Below, one piece after another: positions 52,401 through 56,817 of a DNA stretch of 64,000 bases (the stretch's first letter is position 1; the number at the start of each line of letters is the position of its first letter). The position numbers were made by a program, and so were the translations under genes. Origin of the DNA: an uncultured Lachnospiraceae bacterium (GTDB lineage Bacteria; Bacillota; Clostridia; Christensenellales; UBA1242); contig CAZRJB010000002.1 of the NCBI GenBank assembly GCA_964600435.1, forward strand, positions 36,150 through 100,149, written 5' to 3'. The notes beneath the pieces are model-generated. The model was given only the letters and a program-made list of their open reading frames with translations, was not told the DNA's origin and ran no database searches.

Positions 52401-54994
52401 TAATCTGCCGTTATGCCTGCTCCAAAGTCTATAAAATCTGCAGCAAACAATTCAATTGTTATTGTTGTTTCATTTTTATCATAATTGTTTGCTGTTATTT
52501 CCAATTTTCCAGTTGCAATTGTTAATGTGGCTGTTAAAATGTTCTTTGTATTGTCTGAGTTCTGTTTTGTAAACGTCATGGTTCCATCAGCGTTTTCATT
52601 AACATTTGCGCCTTGAATAAACACCTTGTTGTAGGTTGCAGCTCTGTTTGCGTTTGACATTGCAGATAAGTTTATTGTTGTTTTTGCCAAATCAGTTTTT
52701 GTGGACAATTGGTTTTTTGCTCTAAGTGTTATGTTTTTTGCAGTTGATTCTATTGATTTAACAGCATCATAAATTTCAACAAACAAATATTTTGTTATAG
52801 GGGCGTCGGCAGCACCAACAATTTTGCCGTTTTCAATTTTTTTGTCAAAGAAATCAATTTTTATTATTGTGATTCCAGCTTTTATTGAAGAAATTAATTT
52901 GTTGTTGTTTAAACCCTGAGTATTTACATATGAACTATATATTTTTGAAAAATCTGCTGGGGCTAAGTCGCTCCCGTCCTCTTTTTTTAATTGTTTTAAG
53001 TTTTTAATTTGGGCTGTGCTGTAAACTCCAACACCTGGTTCGTAAAAAGAATATTCTACTTTTTCGTATGTTGCATTGTTGTTTAACGTGTATTTTAATT
53101 CAACAGCATAGCCGTTTTTGATTGAAATGTTAACAAGGTTGCCGTTTTCTTCTTTATAATCTCCAACACCAGACAAAAACTCAATGTTATTTTTTAATGA
53201 AATGTTTGCACTTTGTAATTCTTCAAACAAAATAACTTCCGCTTGAATTGTGTGCCCATTTTTTGTTTTTATTGTGTATGTTCCGCTTTGTCCTGTAGGG
53301 AAATTTAGATTAAAATAATAATCTTTATCCTTTGTAACAGTTAATTCTTTTGTAGGGTCTGCATTATTATAAACAGAAATTTCGTTAGGGTCAACAGCGC
53401 CATATGCATAAATAATGCAACTTGGGTTTGTGCCTGATTTAAAACCATAAACTGTGCATTGGTTTTGTGTTGTTGTTGAATCAGTTGATTCAACAAAACC
53501 AAGGGTTGTGATTCCATTTTTTATTTCAAAATCAATTGTGCCTTTTATATTTGTGTTTGATTCGCAAGAATAAGTAAGTTGCTCCGAGTTGTTGCTTGCT
53601 GTGTTTCCTTTTACATAAACAACTTCGTCTGCATTAATTGTTGCTGATGTTGTTGTTTGGTCGTTGCCCTCTAATAATACTGTTCCGTCACTTTTTATAA
53701 CTTGAAGATTGCTGTTTTTTTTCAAAGTTAAGGTAATTTTTTTGCGAGAGAAAATAACTTCTTGTGGCAAAATGCCAAATTCCAACCTTTCACCCAAAGT
53801 GCCAACACCATGATTAACATAGGCTGTGTATGTGTTGTTAGCGTTAACATTTTCACCATTTATTTTGCATGATATGCTTGTTATTGGCAAAACAACGTCA
53901 ACATTAACACTTTCAACAATTTGATTATTTTGATAGCACAAAAAAGTTGCAAAAAGATTTTCATCGGTTTTTAATGCTGTTTTTTTATATGAATAGTTAA
54001 ATTTTAAAGAGCCTTTGCCCTGACTTGCTGCATTTACAGCTTTAAACACAAAAGTGTAAACATCATCACCGCCTTGTGTTGAAGATGTTTTTAAGCAAGA
54101 AAGAATGTCTGAAATGCTGCCAGATGCAGTGTTAAGGTCAACATCAATTCCATAAATGTTTGGAACTTTAACCGTTACCTTAAAGGTTTGAATTTCATAT
54201 GCATCATTGACTAAATTTGAAAGAGTTAATGAATAGCCATCTTTGTTAACAACATCTTCTTCGTTGTTATAGTCAACTGTTACTTGCATTTTATCTGCAA
54301 TAAGTTTTATGTTTGGAACAACTGCAATGTTTAAAGTTGTGGAAAGTTCAGGTTTGATTTTTGAAGTTGCAACAACAGTGATTTGTTGTGTTGAAGCTTC
54401 AAATTTTGTGTTGTCAATAACCAAGTTGTTGCCTTCAATTGAAGCGCCTTTTATTTCATCTTTAATTTCAAAACTAACATCCGTTTGTTTTGTGTCTGCG
54501 GGTTCAAAAGTTAAAAAGTTTTTGAGGTTGTGAGTTGTTTTGTCAGCCTCCCCTTCACCCAAGTTTGGAGTTGTGCCAAAAAATGGAATATATAAATCAG
54601 ATTTTGATGAAAGGTTTTCTATTGGCAAAACAAGTTCAAAATTGAAAGATGTTTTAACATTGCCGGATTTAACTTCAACCAATGTTGGTTCAAGTGCAAT
54701 GTTTGAATTTGCTTTGATTGTTATTAAAAAAGTGTTGTCAGAAGTTTTTGTTTGAGAAACCAAAAAGTAGTTTGAAGGTTCATAAATTAACTCTAGTGAA
54801 TTTGCACTAAAGTTTTCTAACGTTGCAACAACCGACACAGTGTTGTTTTCGGTTTGCCCTAAAACAATGGACACATTGGTTTTGTCCAGCAAGATTTTGC
54901 CGTTTTGCTCTTTATTGCATGCAGAAAGAAACATGCAAGACCCCAGCAAGAAAACAGAAACAACAAAAACTAAAAATTTATTTAACTTTTTCAT
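34403..54994 (-). CDS. giant surface lipoprotein (6863 aa) with Ig-like regions, seven GLUG-like repeat blocks, Thr-rich tandem repeats and a Cys cluster
   Basis: Uninterrupted 20.6-kb ORF with an AGGAG SD 5 nt upstream. MKKLNKFLVFVVSVFLLGSCMFLSAC is a lipoprotein-type signal. About 40 motifs by eye such as PGGLVGTNIGTISN, YAGGVVGFSNSGTIKN, YVGGVVGYNNGTVAVN. Confidence 0.85.
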   Translation of the reverse strand: MKKLNKFLVFVVSVFLLGSCMFLSACNKEQNGKILLDKTNVSIVLGQTENNTVSVVATLENFSANSLELIYEPSNYFLVSQTKTSDNTFLITIKANSNIALEPTLVEVKSGNVKTSFNFELVLPIENLSSKSDLYIPFFGTTPNLGEGEADKTTHNLKNFLTFEPADTKQTDVSFEIKDEIKGASIEGNNLVIDNTKFEASTQQITVVATSKIKPELSTTLNIAVVPNIKLIADKMQVTVDYNNEEDVVNKDGYSLTLSNLVNDAYEIQTFKVTVKVPNIYGIDVDLNTASGSISDILSCLKTSSTQGGDDVYTFVFKAVNAASQGKGSLKFNYSYKKTALKTDENLFATFLCYQNNQIVESVNVDVVLPITSISCKINGENVNANNTYTAYVNHGVGTLGERLEFGILPQEVIFSRKKITLTLKKNSNLQVIKSDGTVLLEGNDQTTTSATINADEVVYVKGNTASNNSEQLTYSCESNTNIKGTIDFEIKNGITTLGFVESTDSTTTQNQCTVYGFKSGTNPSCIIYAYGAVDPNEISVYNNADPTKELTVTKDKDYYFNLNFPTGQSGTYTIKTKNGHTIQAEVILFEELQSANISLKNNIEFLSGVGDYKEENGNLVNISIKNGYAVELKYTLNNNATYEKVEYSFYEPGVGVYSTAQIKNLKQLKKEDGSDLAPADFSKIYSSYVNTQGLNNNKLISSIKAGITIIKIDFFDKKIENGKIVGAADAPITKYLFVEIYDAVKSIESTAKNITLRAKNQLSTKTDLAKTTINLSAMSNANRAATYNKVFIQGANVNENADGTMTFTKQNSDNTKNILTATLTIATGKLEITANNYDKNETTITIELFAADFIDFGAGITADYTNLKSFVKYVVIVNIIETKIVGDVSITNLDLQGITESTKTYKQIYIDLSKNDAKQFKLNFEITPAEALEKELEIEFSPTNNTSKDILSITPNGTITVLGNTGGTGIIEITPKDTNSTAKKVLVPIVVADGESYATAFEITSLSEIKDSSKHYVLTIPTTYIHNETNFLFSTFYGGLYGKRYSDDTSSACATIQLTSTSLFKTLGADAHIENLNICGTVTQTDNTVNIGFVAETNNGTIKNVNVTTYIYNNQYVPSVLIAKNENPGGLVGTNIGTISNCCFAGSIDVSDLTNKTANAIAGTNLTTTGTISDCKIIIAKFNINDSNKVVETTDTTTNQTIYINGVIGGGSKDFSDKNSTDITTENYEDKALGTISVKETTEKSYGHETKGIVFYYQAKDSSKQSLLNGKNTIALSDLLSSTSTSIKIDDLKVRALNKDGSACNFVSVSANSITLYGVGEFVLEVSSQYDFTTSVKIDLVSMHYFSNFTITHNGNTISSSTNIQIVVGQTAEIITKLNHSISVSGVSIELVENTFDVVFGFVFEQTGIDGTTLDIKNYITNTKLGVHTINMDTNFVKSDDVGVYVELTSNHADFNTLINGYLCLSSTDTNFTITRKTGTTEISANVSHGEIEPKDTFSFVATLTTDAEGDKVTEADIKVLNAQNLDVTQFFNIKVQQSETETNKFEVFVELKEDNKAKLNMVDKTYTIVVGASNSNSKYDVSTTLTLTILPQAVSNINTTLYKVTNATTEGVSVSRFEEPASVLLPTQSGIFVVDMFPTYATYDYIEIVAESSTLTTLAFRLQENNNSSYKNATEGFESINGKNGIRIFNNQTGAYFVKIYASINFDADTVFTLTVNAYYNGKKIENVQSVFILYVKAPEAPEISLNGETHVYVYAEAKTEISNITALVAGDQINTSIKIATIDDDGNEKSELDGKPVGNIECIIERLNNNAAGYSVYNITLRFKDGYSFLNDSTQLKLVVESTKISQGNEIKVHSEMFVYVIDAKIEQDDIVVYRALDKNFNVTNFNASEFMLSLSENVKASANFKKEFNATNENATYYFENVRTGFIFGATKSDFTSAHNLASYLYFVNGNSEIKLTNENDGSINQHEFYDNYVKFFINNEKLYVQGGAYTGKVNMRLRIPYTMPNGSTGVYVYDFTITNNQYTTEDLPKEIADPAGFLNISNEEQSQDYILNADLFLYNFKTIENTNKIKSLDGNNHAIHIIEFAQDSTLTDYALFKQISSETTIKNLTVNIYYLPTLSVQGATTINVAGLAINNNGVVYNCDVMSYLDPNLASTTNSHGLKIEDNVEANVAGLVLNNYGSITNSRVGNSSKTIVESVSDIGIAETKIITAEQFEIKASGTISGFVQNNSGVISSSFVKNINIQNIYNKQETKTTTGFVGENTGTIVMSYAQGGFKDENSIQSDIGGIEALGIMSGFVYSNQGTITDCYSNLRLTNSRSQVGRLGAGFVYENGEDATIKRAYSASTIINNNITQMNFAGIKDIGGYNNSGVIDTCYYYVKNDSDQISIESVINTSITAVSEVDKSRTFYGFSFIDSSINASGTWAIAKNGPVLVNTNNIAQSIRYKKANTTGQNTDVEYLFPYCVGYELGTINNPIIIRDAEEFNSVFGASKSTDIKNNYSTEFKKIYGSYRIVNNLDMLSLVPKSEQETEYKVNLLSTGYVLTGEQKSISKMGGSLEGNGLTIKNLAISNSSATSDEFGLFRALESGASISNLNIELSEGGVSADHTTFVGTIAGTLKNSSAFNISIKANSLADTDKNTTKIIGANVTGGVFGRVIGTSNVSNIIVDNISVTSTNHTSISCESEQVNIYDKTKPESSYTELSIAGGAFGVVDFYRNLEEVKESEIAKDQQSANIINIHVSGGLVIQGMTAGGVIGHVGSQVIARDLALTIKKDKIAKINAYNCYAGGVVGFSSGYLYQIKAEHESEWQDLIEKNMQQYYKVAGGDSTIDRGLEDIFESNVGYKPFAIGGLVGGAYSGKLSIGYSKINVINQYAKNAGGIVGYSYKINQDSDELTDDWLILNEIYAIGDVYSNAANAKIGGIFGKCEINGDKVAVNKDNLLGHPQLIMVNALNYWGHNSYEKFKDPSYKNIGGILGDGAYFEESTGSNTTSSSIYTIKKVQFEGEGDVAVDKSTSSNSAAGITSYYSYPGIISDDGATIDLMFKENGWYKDKNWSRDFNETFPHINYIYPTSTYIIESVNDFYKFILHGNEDDAIFLVKGDTSKLNDDEILIDCSNWYTTLGVIRGDIYGATNKDGFKNLHSPLFTQAQNCTISDLILQGCASPLVISSNNVTYQKISLINCRTSYVYNGNSALLTATTQGGKFEGISFDSDCQLTPSQANNAGLLFGAHTGSEVTIQDILINSNVIVTVSTPNTSNSAVIYGLLFGSGASATISNVNINGGTLTVGPNSGIETSIGLVAGSVTGNITISSLNISNNVTLEVEGTSGDSADKTIYIGGLVGDVKGTFTLNGKDKENPVYYAFNISVSNLENYKTLYLGNACGHAKTLTINGLIVFGAYKDNNLNYVFKPLTIDTFASTNNYIGGVAGGVENVSTTDASNPGYVAYYGDLTIDVGGVEQGASNTPITVTYLNIGGAYGTAGTTGSGSICNTIYEGTIGFKVSETGKQNKYEFSNVNVGGIVGFVSSGNSLTISNCVASGELNLPAKNIGTQSVNQNFAGIVGFAAKEDNANTSITFEKSAGNTKVIALTTVFATTQSDSLDAVIKCATGVALTGNAQYCSAVTLSVSSQTSITTNCDFGTFTQDLTGGTDSRPEIIILLQDNAPQGSKLNAMELDDDSAYDQKPESGSTDEVFYKQESTDKHVVEYGSTKTRKLYINLGDAPATWGDISPLDYQISLNNAILFSAGAEIWSNHTPFNTISETSAVSGVVARVYIDESGSTPMPSNINLNNASSAFTNAAGFVNTNNGIVYVCSVQETLNVFNTGNTQFQAYLNNNVSHTSSSPLQIILPDQTKVEAVAGFVHKNTGYVFGSNTNIKIQTNKESVTCHGFVAENSGTIEFSYASGINNGYVSVGKVTQTDFNKKGELNKQHTLFAPVAYTVSNNKYIKSTDYSYNINNCYTIVMAKGVGIDANLPTGVVGESDACEITIKDSDQDKTIYETSSYVNGSKDYFACNSLYNHNYPTISGGPFAGITYSKRVTMLERQDDSSQNTPSGASGDGSDPASEPSTSTSTPSSNDSTIVFKGLYANDLYTTDLVSGQKTLKPEASSTYYFTIPNLTVLKKLSGLMTIHSKFVLINDINVCYTGDAYSDSIEITGNTSYDTIIEGMNNGLYNLNLTKNLFHSIGNTDSQNPQNTKIITIQNLKFGAIVLQGATGIIGTIGPNATLDNINLEDYTEPKEIKLSDNTLSAGDTVSVATITSTSAGGYYGVLASINNGTIKNSAFKIDISAKATHTSTGYTLGGFVGQNSGTVESSTFSGAVTVIEESLDESSIVVFGAFIGENLGTAERLSLKQPSQFQTLHVTESGDVLTECIEQTNDNKGPHLMETDTNSTTIQGSCIKEYTSQIFVKTSGYAYVGGIVGINGAFSTANVAATQVTKPTRPLIEQCYTAYSCGDNQYAVFVGDERYQMVAYAGGVVGFSNSGTIKNCANISNVAAMSVWQKTTPLKNTTKTTTTGSGDDVSTTTETISVYAYSLNSETGLVEKTQDGTSRVYYDDAVSIDNVIKSKGTSSDDLASIYNMFTGGTIIDLSRIPIYKAFFEKITTKSFKDDSGYFSLIIEDKTANSSNKIIIANKNVDLHSSDNPTGWDTEYIYDNAKRESGETPKQYNYYLEYPINSSSAVASGSTQGYKFTITKISASENGVDFTITMTQGSWDDSYNFEESQQKTNNSKFSMKFRDKTVCRIIENESNSIKNDWWDKAGLVYAFDFKDENNVQEYLARYFSDYNANLLNAQDYLQTNGTLANDFTFVLSGDGTLGYYFNGAINIYQERSALAYAGGIAGGMSSDTTYTQVAVYGNVNAGYRAIKPIENITAKNVGSSVKKSSIKLPWLFLASAYSGAIEKYFAVKAFREEVSKISTLLDTPTFYLTKYLGTSPRFMTKNKSIWEDGLFNRYAIFDNSNDLKFINVSLGSLVGYNSENCQERMEKFFVDVDNNIWGKTYYGEGIGWYKKNKWTFGKNYYHGFKKYNTKSTWKYEDADTSKILCFNYIFGNHSDSIVPVIGTGASATAVLQSSGSGSSTSSPDSSSAEIYVDSNITTYTQVTEIQVKNAFDSYSKSYNNLGLIKLTELSGSNVHHAYYYYTSVPIEVLGEIVETNSTSTPDKNIIVDVSRIINETETSKLTLKYNKDKSTTQNTVFKDWKNSNNNNCWTLINGHYIPETQADLFLSIVDSDGTFPDNTIGIVNEKSAVTITNEKSWNKLVNTLNDYNNNVKGDNNKIDFSSIYVTVNLNNNQTEINVGDNLINEFNGTIKVLNFYTIFKKVVLSTNNNDTALGFIKSTTGCTLENITISGVNINSVNGSSSVGLLIGSVVEKVSQSAVTIKNVKINSVNINFKDSTKTNISFGGLIGTVTSGSVTLANVELTGSVELVSGINYAGGFVGNNAGTLSIGETKQTTTLGAQHDLSLKVASSENVYVGGVVGYNNGTVAVNKTLNIGKTTPIIISADVTAPGLTASAGGFVGVNKKDKSINIIEGVTFGCTSKGFSNVGYVLAGFNVLNESGDEFVYPSSAFASKYIAATDDGTLTANDGVPQNITYNSIVSRWICKTTLGADGNKIDNSSSVNITSNNVSGNFTINGITYTISGNNLITNLNSLSFNNLAVNKTETTEETKTNSDGEEETTESTSGPEQKTISLSISYNTTGNTISITETTLAEINGKISYGSGNSTNINAGDKIYDKTTTLTYYLYKTTTSSTTNASSSVVNGTQAYYLAVDKKIEYFKPNQTEAIVSTSKTLEYAIVLNDVNYKVNEDDRYNLEIYQLSEYQQNGEESCDVTITANREKFDYGISEPKYKKNAAFTPNRVYGGLVSDLNDTKILNKLFEDELESSAASDSASSLFNTSGELVLKILNTTIYKNGSNGDVFVNTLDGKIYLSNSIKFNIESTDEDEHFYIANNVLLTATTNGTTTTLTDSDNKTVVTIVTENGTTTYYSGSSTSGKVLTATTNGTTTTLTDSDNKTVVTILSNSTIYYDDYNNILTYKQDSTDKTKAYIKDNTNNAVATITTKQYVSASGEELTAETSDNKITLKKTETGANGETTTTTVATIVTDSNGTTTYYEGSSTSGDGNKLTEQANQDGSISYLNSDGVVFKQDVTFYYDNTSTPLVGIIKGDKTTVYDIVACIDNSGKTPIYTDAKGNKFTSNGETYKLGTNGDTTTLTKDGTAVATITQKTTYLSASGEVLTATPSDNTTTLTDSDNTTVATIVTANGTTTYYNGSNTSGDNNKLSSASKTVSLSCGGLYASFAENSNTLSLSQKFIVSKTETVSDDTTPTTTTEYSNAEYVNGATTLPDEGTIPTLSLCTITLPTMIEALVGGSANLNANNYEINIKHNYYQVKNSNGNVVARFAHKNGVIYSAYNNSNNPLTIETKYIDGSGEKITDSSQYNNAAKIKTTLTSVSTTVAEITYIVNGEPTFTATDGNQTPTTYTVEPKTDNKKITGTYTSSLTIGGEIKIDYNSSFSFGGKNYNYLSVQSYTFNNKTYLVVACIDSNYNVTDYVYLVNNDKFQSCGNITYTLGDNGSDKTAISLITKWQNNAPDRYPSFVPKDADDNIYNIQDNLVQPAESEISTLSITRNWKDVQVDIEANLGDLFYSYTTTYTEKETKIEISYSNNQVTLSQTCTCTTCTCSEFGCKSGSTCTCTSCSSTTSPTIDTDKTTYTVNSSGTISIGYKDSDGKVVKTTTYVFVGENNLTTEQNGNIITGTSIETADTDNPYKGFTTVADKSVIENPTLISNDKLYSKTIKLDDKEFTLYIAIIAGQGAGSTVYYVYNEELSAKYTQLANFGGFYEISKVDTNKTISGLPTSN
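36180..37130 (-). repeat. in-frame tandem array of about 42-aa Thr-rich repeats, including two identical 69-nt copies
   Basis: 69-nt perfect duplicate at 36926-36994 and 37052-37120 (period 126 nt, LTATTNGTTTTLTDSDNKTVVTI...). Diverged copies near 36205-36275, 36310-36360 and 36670-36770. Confidence 0.85.
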
Positions 54995-55071
54995 AACAAC
55001 TCCTAAACTATTTTTAGCAAATAATGACTAAATATTTGTTTTTTTTGACTTTTGTTTGTTTTAATATATTA

Positions 55072-55111
55072 ATAATATATTATTTAATCGAATATTGTCA
55101 ATTGATTGACA
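55072..55111 (-). promoter_or_regulatory. candidate promoter and operator for the giant-gene pair
   Basis: Minus strand TTGACA (55096-55101), followed after 16-18 nt by TATATT/TATTAT. The -35 box is one arm of the inverted repeat TGTCAAT-TG-ATTGACA (55096-55111). Confidence 0.4.
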
Positions 55112-55379
55112 TCACTTTTTAAAAAAAATTATTGTGTTAAAAATCATTTTTTTAACAATGTAAAAAATTTAAAAAAAATAATTTTTGCAAATTTTTAATA
55201 TTTTATATATAAAATATTAATAAATAATTATTTTTTTAATAAAAAAATGGGATAATTTTAAATTTAAACTTTTTAAATTGTTCATCTTTTTAAAATTCAC
55301 CCATTATTTTTATAATGTTCACCATTGTTTTTTTGCACAAAAAAACACGTGCTTTTACGTGCTTTTTTTGTTTTACTTT

Positions 55380-55610
55380 TTATAAATTTTTTGAATCTAT
55401 TAAATCAACAATGTCTTTGATTGTTTTCATGTTCATTGCTTCTTCGTCCGGAATGCTAATTCCAAATTCTTCTTCAAAAGCCATTAGCAATTCTACTGTG
55501 TCTAAAGAATCGGCACCAAGATCTTCTATAAGTCTTGAACTTTCTGTTATTTTTGATTCTGCAACATTGAGTTGATTTGAGATTAATTTTTTTACTTTAT
55601 CAATAGTCAT
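55380..55610 (-). CDS. acpP: acyl carrier protein
   Basis: 76 aa. LGADSLDTVELLMAFEEEFG contains the phosphopantetheine-attachment DSL motif. GGAGG SD. Confidence 0.93.
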   Translation of the reverse strand: MTIDKVKKLISNQLNVAESKITESSRLIEDLGADSLDTVELLMAFEEEFGISIPDEEAMNMKTIKDIVDLIDSKNL

Positions 55611-55638
55611 TTACATTTCCTCCATTGGTACTGAGCTA

Positions 55639-55667
55639 TATTTTAGCACCTTTAGAAAATATTGTAA
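55639..55667 (-). promoter_or_regulatory. sigma-A type promoter for acpP
   Basis: Minus strand TTTACA (55662-55667), 17-nt spacer, TAAAAT (55639-55644), preceded by TGC (extended -10). Confidence 0.5.
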
Positions 55668-55690
55668 AGCAATTTTATCAACTAATTTTT

Positions 55691-56248
55691 TTACTTGTTT
55701 TCAAAAGTTATATATCCAGATGGGTCAACTTTTTTTCCATTTAACAAAACCGAAAAGTGCAAATGATTTCCGTCCAAACTTTCGTTTGATGCAGAACTTG
55801 ATGCTTCTCCAATTTTTTGCCCACGTTTAACGCTGTCACCTTTTTTTATTGAGTTTATGTTAGAAAGCGAACAGTAGTTTGTGCTTAAACCATCATCATG
55901 AGCAATTGTTATGCAATAGCCATTTTCGTATGAATATGAGCAATCTGTAACAATGCCATTCAAAACTGAATAAACATCGGAACTTATTGACGAAGTCAAA
56001 TCCACCGCTTTATGGCTTTCCCATTGATTTAATGTTGCATTGTAAAACAGTTCTGTGTCGCTAAACCATTTTAAAACTTCTGGTGATTCCATTGGACACA
56101 ACATGTTTATTTCTGTTGTGGTGGTTGGAACGTTTGGTTGTTCTTCTTGCACAGATTCACCGGTTAAACCTGCAGTTATGCCAACAGCCAAAATTGCCAC
56201 AAATGCCAACATATAAAAACCGTACTTTTTTATGATTTTTTTAAACAT
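55691..56248 (-). CDS. membrane-anchored M23/LytM-family peptidase
   Basis: N-terminal TM (FYMLAFVAILAVGITAGL). HKAVDL (HxxxD) and HLHF (HxH) metal ligands are present. Start at the ATG at 56248, 7 nt downstream of GGAGGT. The track start is an upstream TTG. Confidence 0.8.
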   Translation of the reverse strand: MFKKIIKKYGFYMLAFVAILAVGITAGLTGESVQEEQPNVPTTTTEINMLCPMESPEVLKWFSDTELFYNATLNQWESHKAVDLTSSISSDVYSVLNGIVTDCSYSYENGYCITIAHDDGLSTNYCSLSNINSIKKGDSVKRGQKIGEASSSASNESLDGNHLHFSVLLNGKKVDPSGYITFENK

Positions 56249-56314
56249 CTTTTTTACCTCCGTCAAAAATTATTGACAGGTTTTGATTGTTTAAACATAT
56301 ATTTTAAAACTTTT

Positions 56315-56779
56315 TTAATAACTTCCTAAAATTATTGGAAACCCCAGCAACACATAGTTCTCTTTTTCTACGCACTGAAAATTTATGTTTTTACCAGAAA
56401 AGTTAACACTTTTTTCTGCAATTTTTTTTGAGTTTGAAAGCAGATTTGTCCAGCCATATATGCCAAAATTTGCGGAAACCAGTTGATTTGCTCCGATTTT
56501 TTTTAAAATTTGGCTTTTGTTTAAGCCACAAACTTTTAGCGTTAAACCAGCAACACAATCTGTGTTATTTAATATGTAATTTATATCTGAAGAATCACAA
56601 AAAATTATTTCCCCCATGCCATTATCGATTTTTTTAAGTGGAATTTGTGTTTTTTCACTTAAAAACACTTCTGCGGTGGATTGAGGAAATATTTTATCAA
56701 TTGTTAAGTTTTGAGTTGTTGAAAAATTTACAGCACACAAAAGAATTGCCAACAAAATAAAAACAATTAGTCTTTTCAT
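56315..56779 (-). CDS. secreted hypothetical protein
   Basis: 154 aa. N-terminal signal-like segment MKRLIVFILLAILLCAVNF. No recognised motif. Confidence 0.5.
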   Translation of the reverse strand: MKRLIVFILLAILLCAVNFSTTQNLTIDKIFPQSTAEVFLSEKTQIPLKKIDNGMGEIIFCDSSDINYILNNTDCVAGLTLKVCGLNKSQILKKIGANQLVSANFGIYGWTNLLSNSKKIAEKSVNFSGKNINFQCVEKENYVLLGFPIILGSY

Positions 56780-56817
56780 AAAAATAATTATTGACTAATT
56801 GTTGTTTTTTAAACATT

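Noticed and set aside
24606-54994. Giant ORFs next to acpP as an NRPS/PKS megasynthase, or as a Zmp/IgA1-type GLUG metalloprotease or large toxin.
   Set aside because: I saw no condensation (HHxxxDG), ketosynthase, adenylation or carrier (GGxS) motifs and no HExxH zinc-protease motif. The composition is Thr/Asn/Ser-rich repeats with lipoprotein signals, typical of surface structural proteins. acpP has its own promoter and a weak terminator-like hairpin.
55340-55375. Strong intrinsic terminator after acpP.
   Set aside because: Only a 5-bp stem (CACGT/ACGTG) with a 6-nt loop lies between the A7 and T7 runs. This is too weak to annotate confidently, although it may still work bidirectionally.
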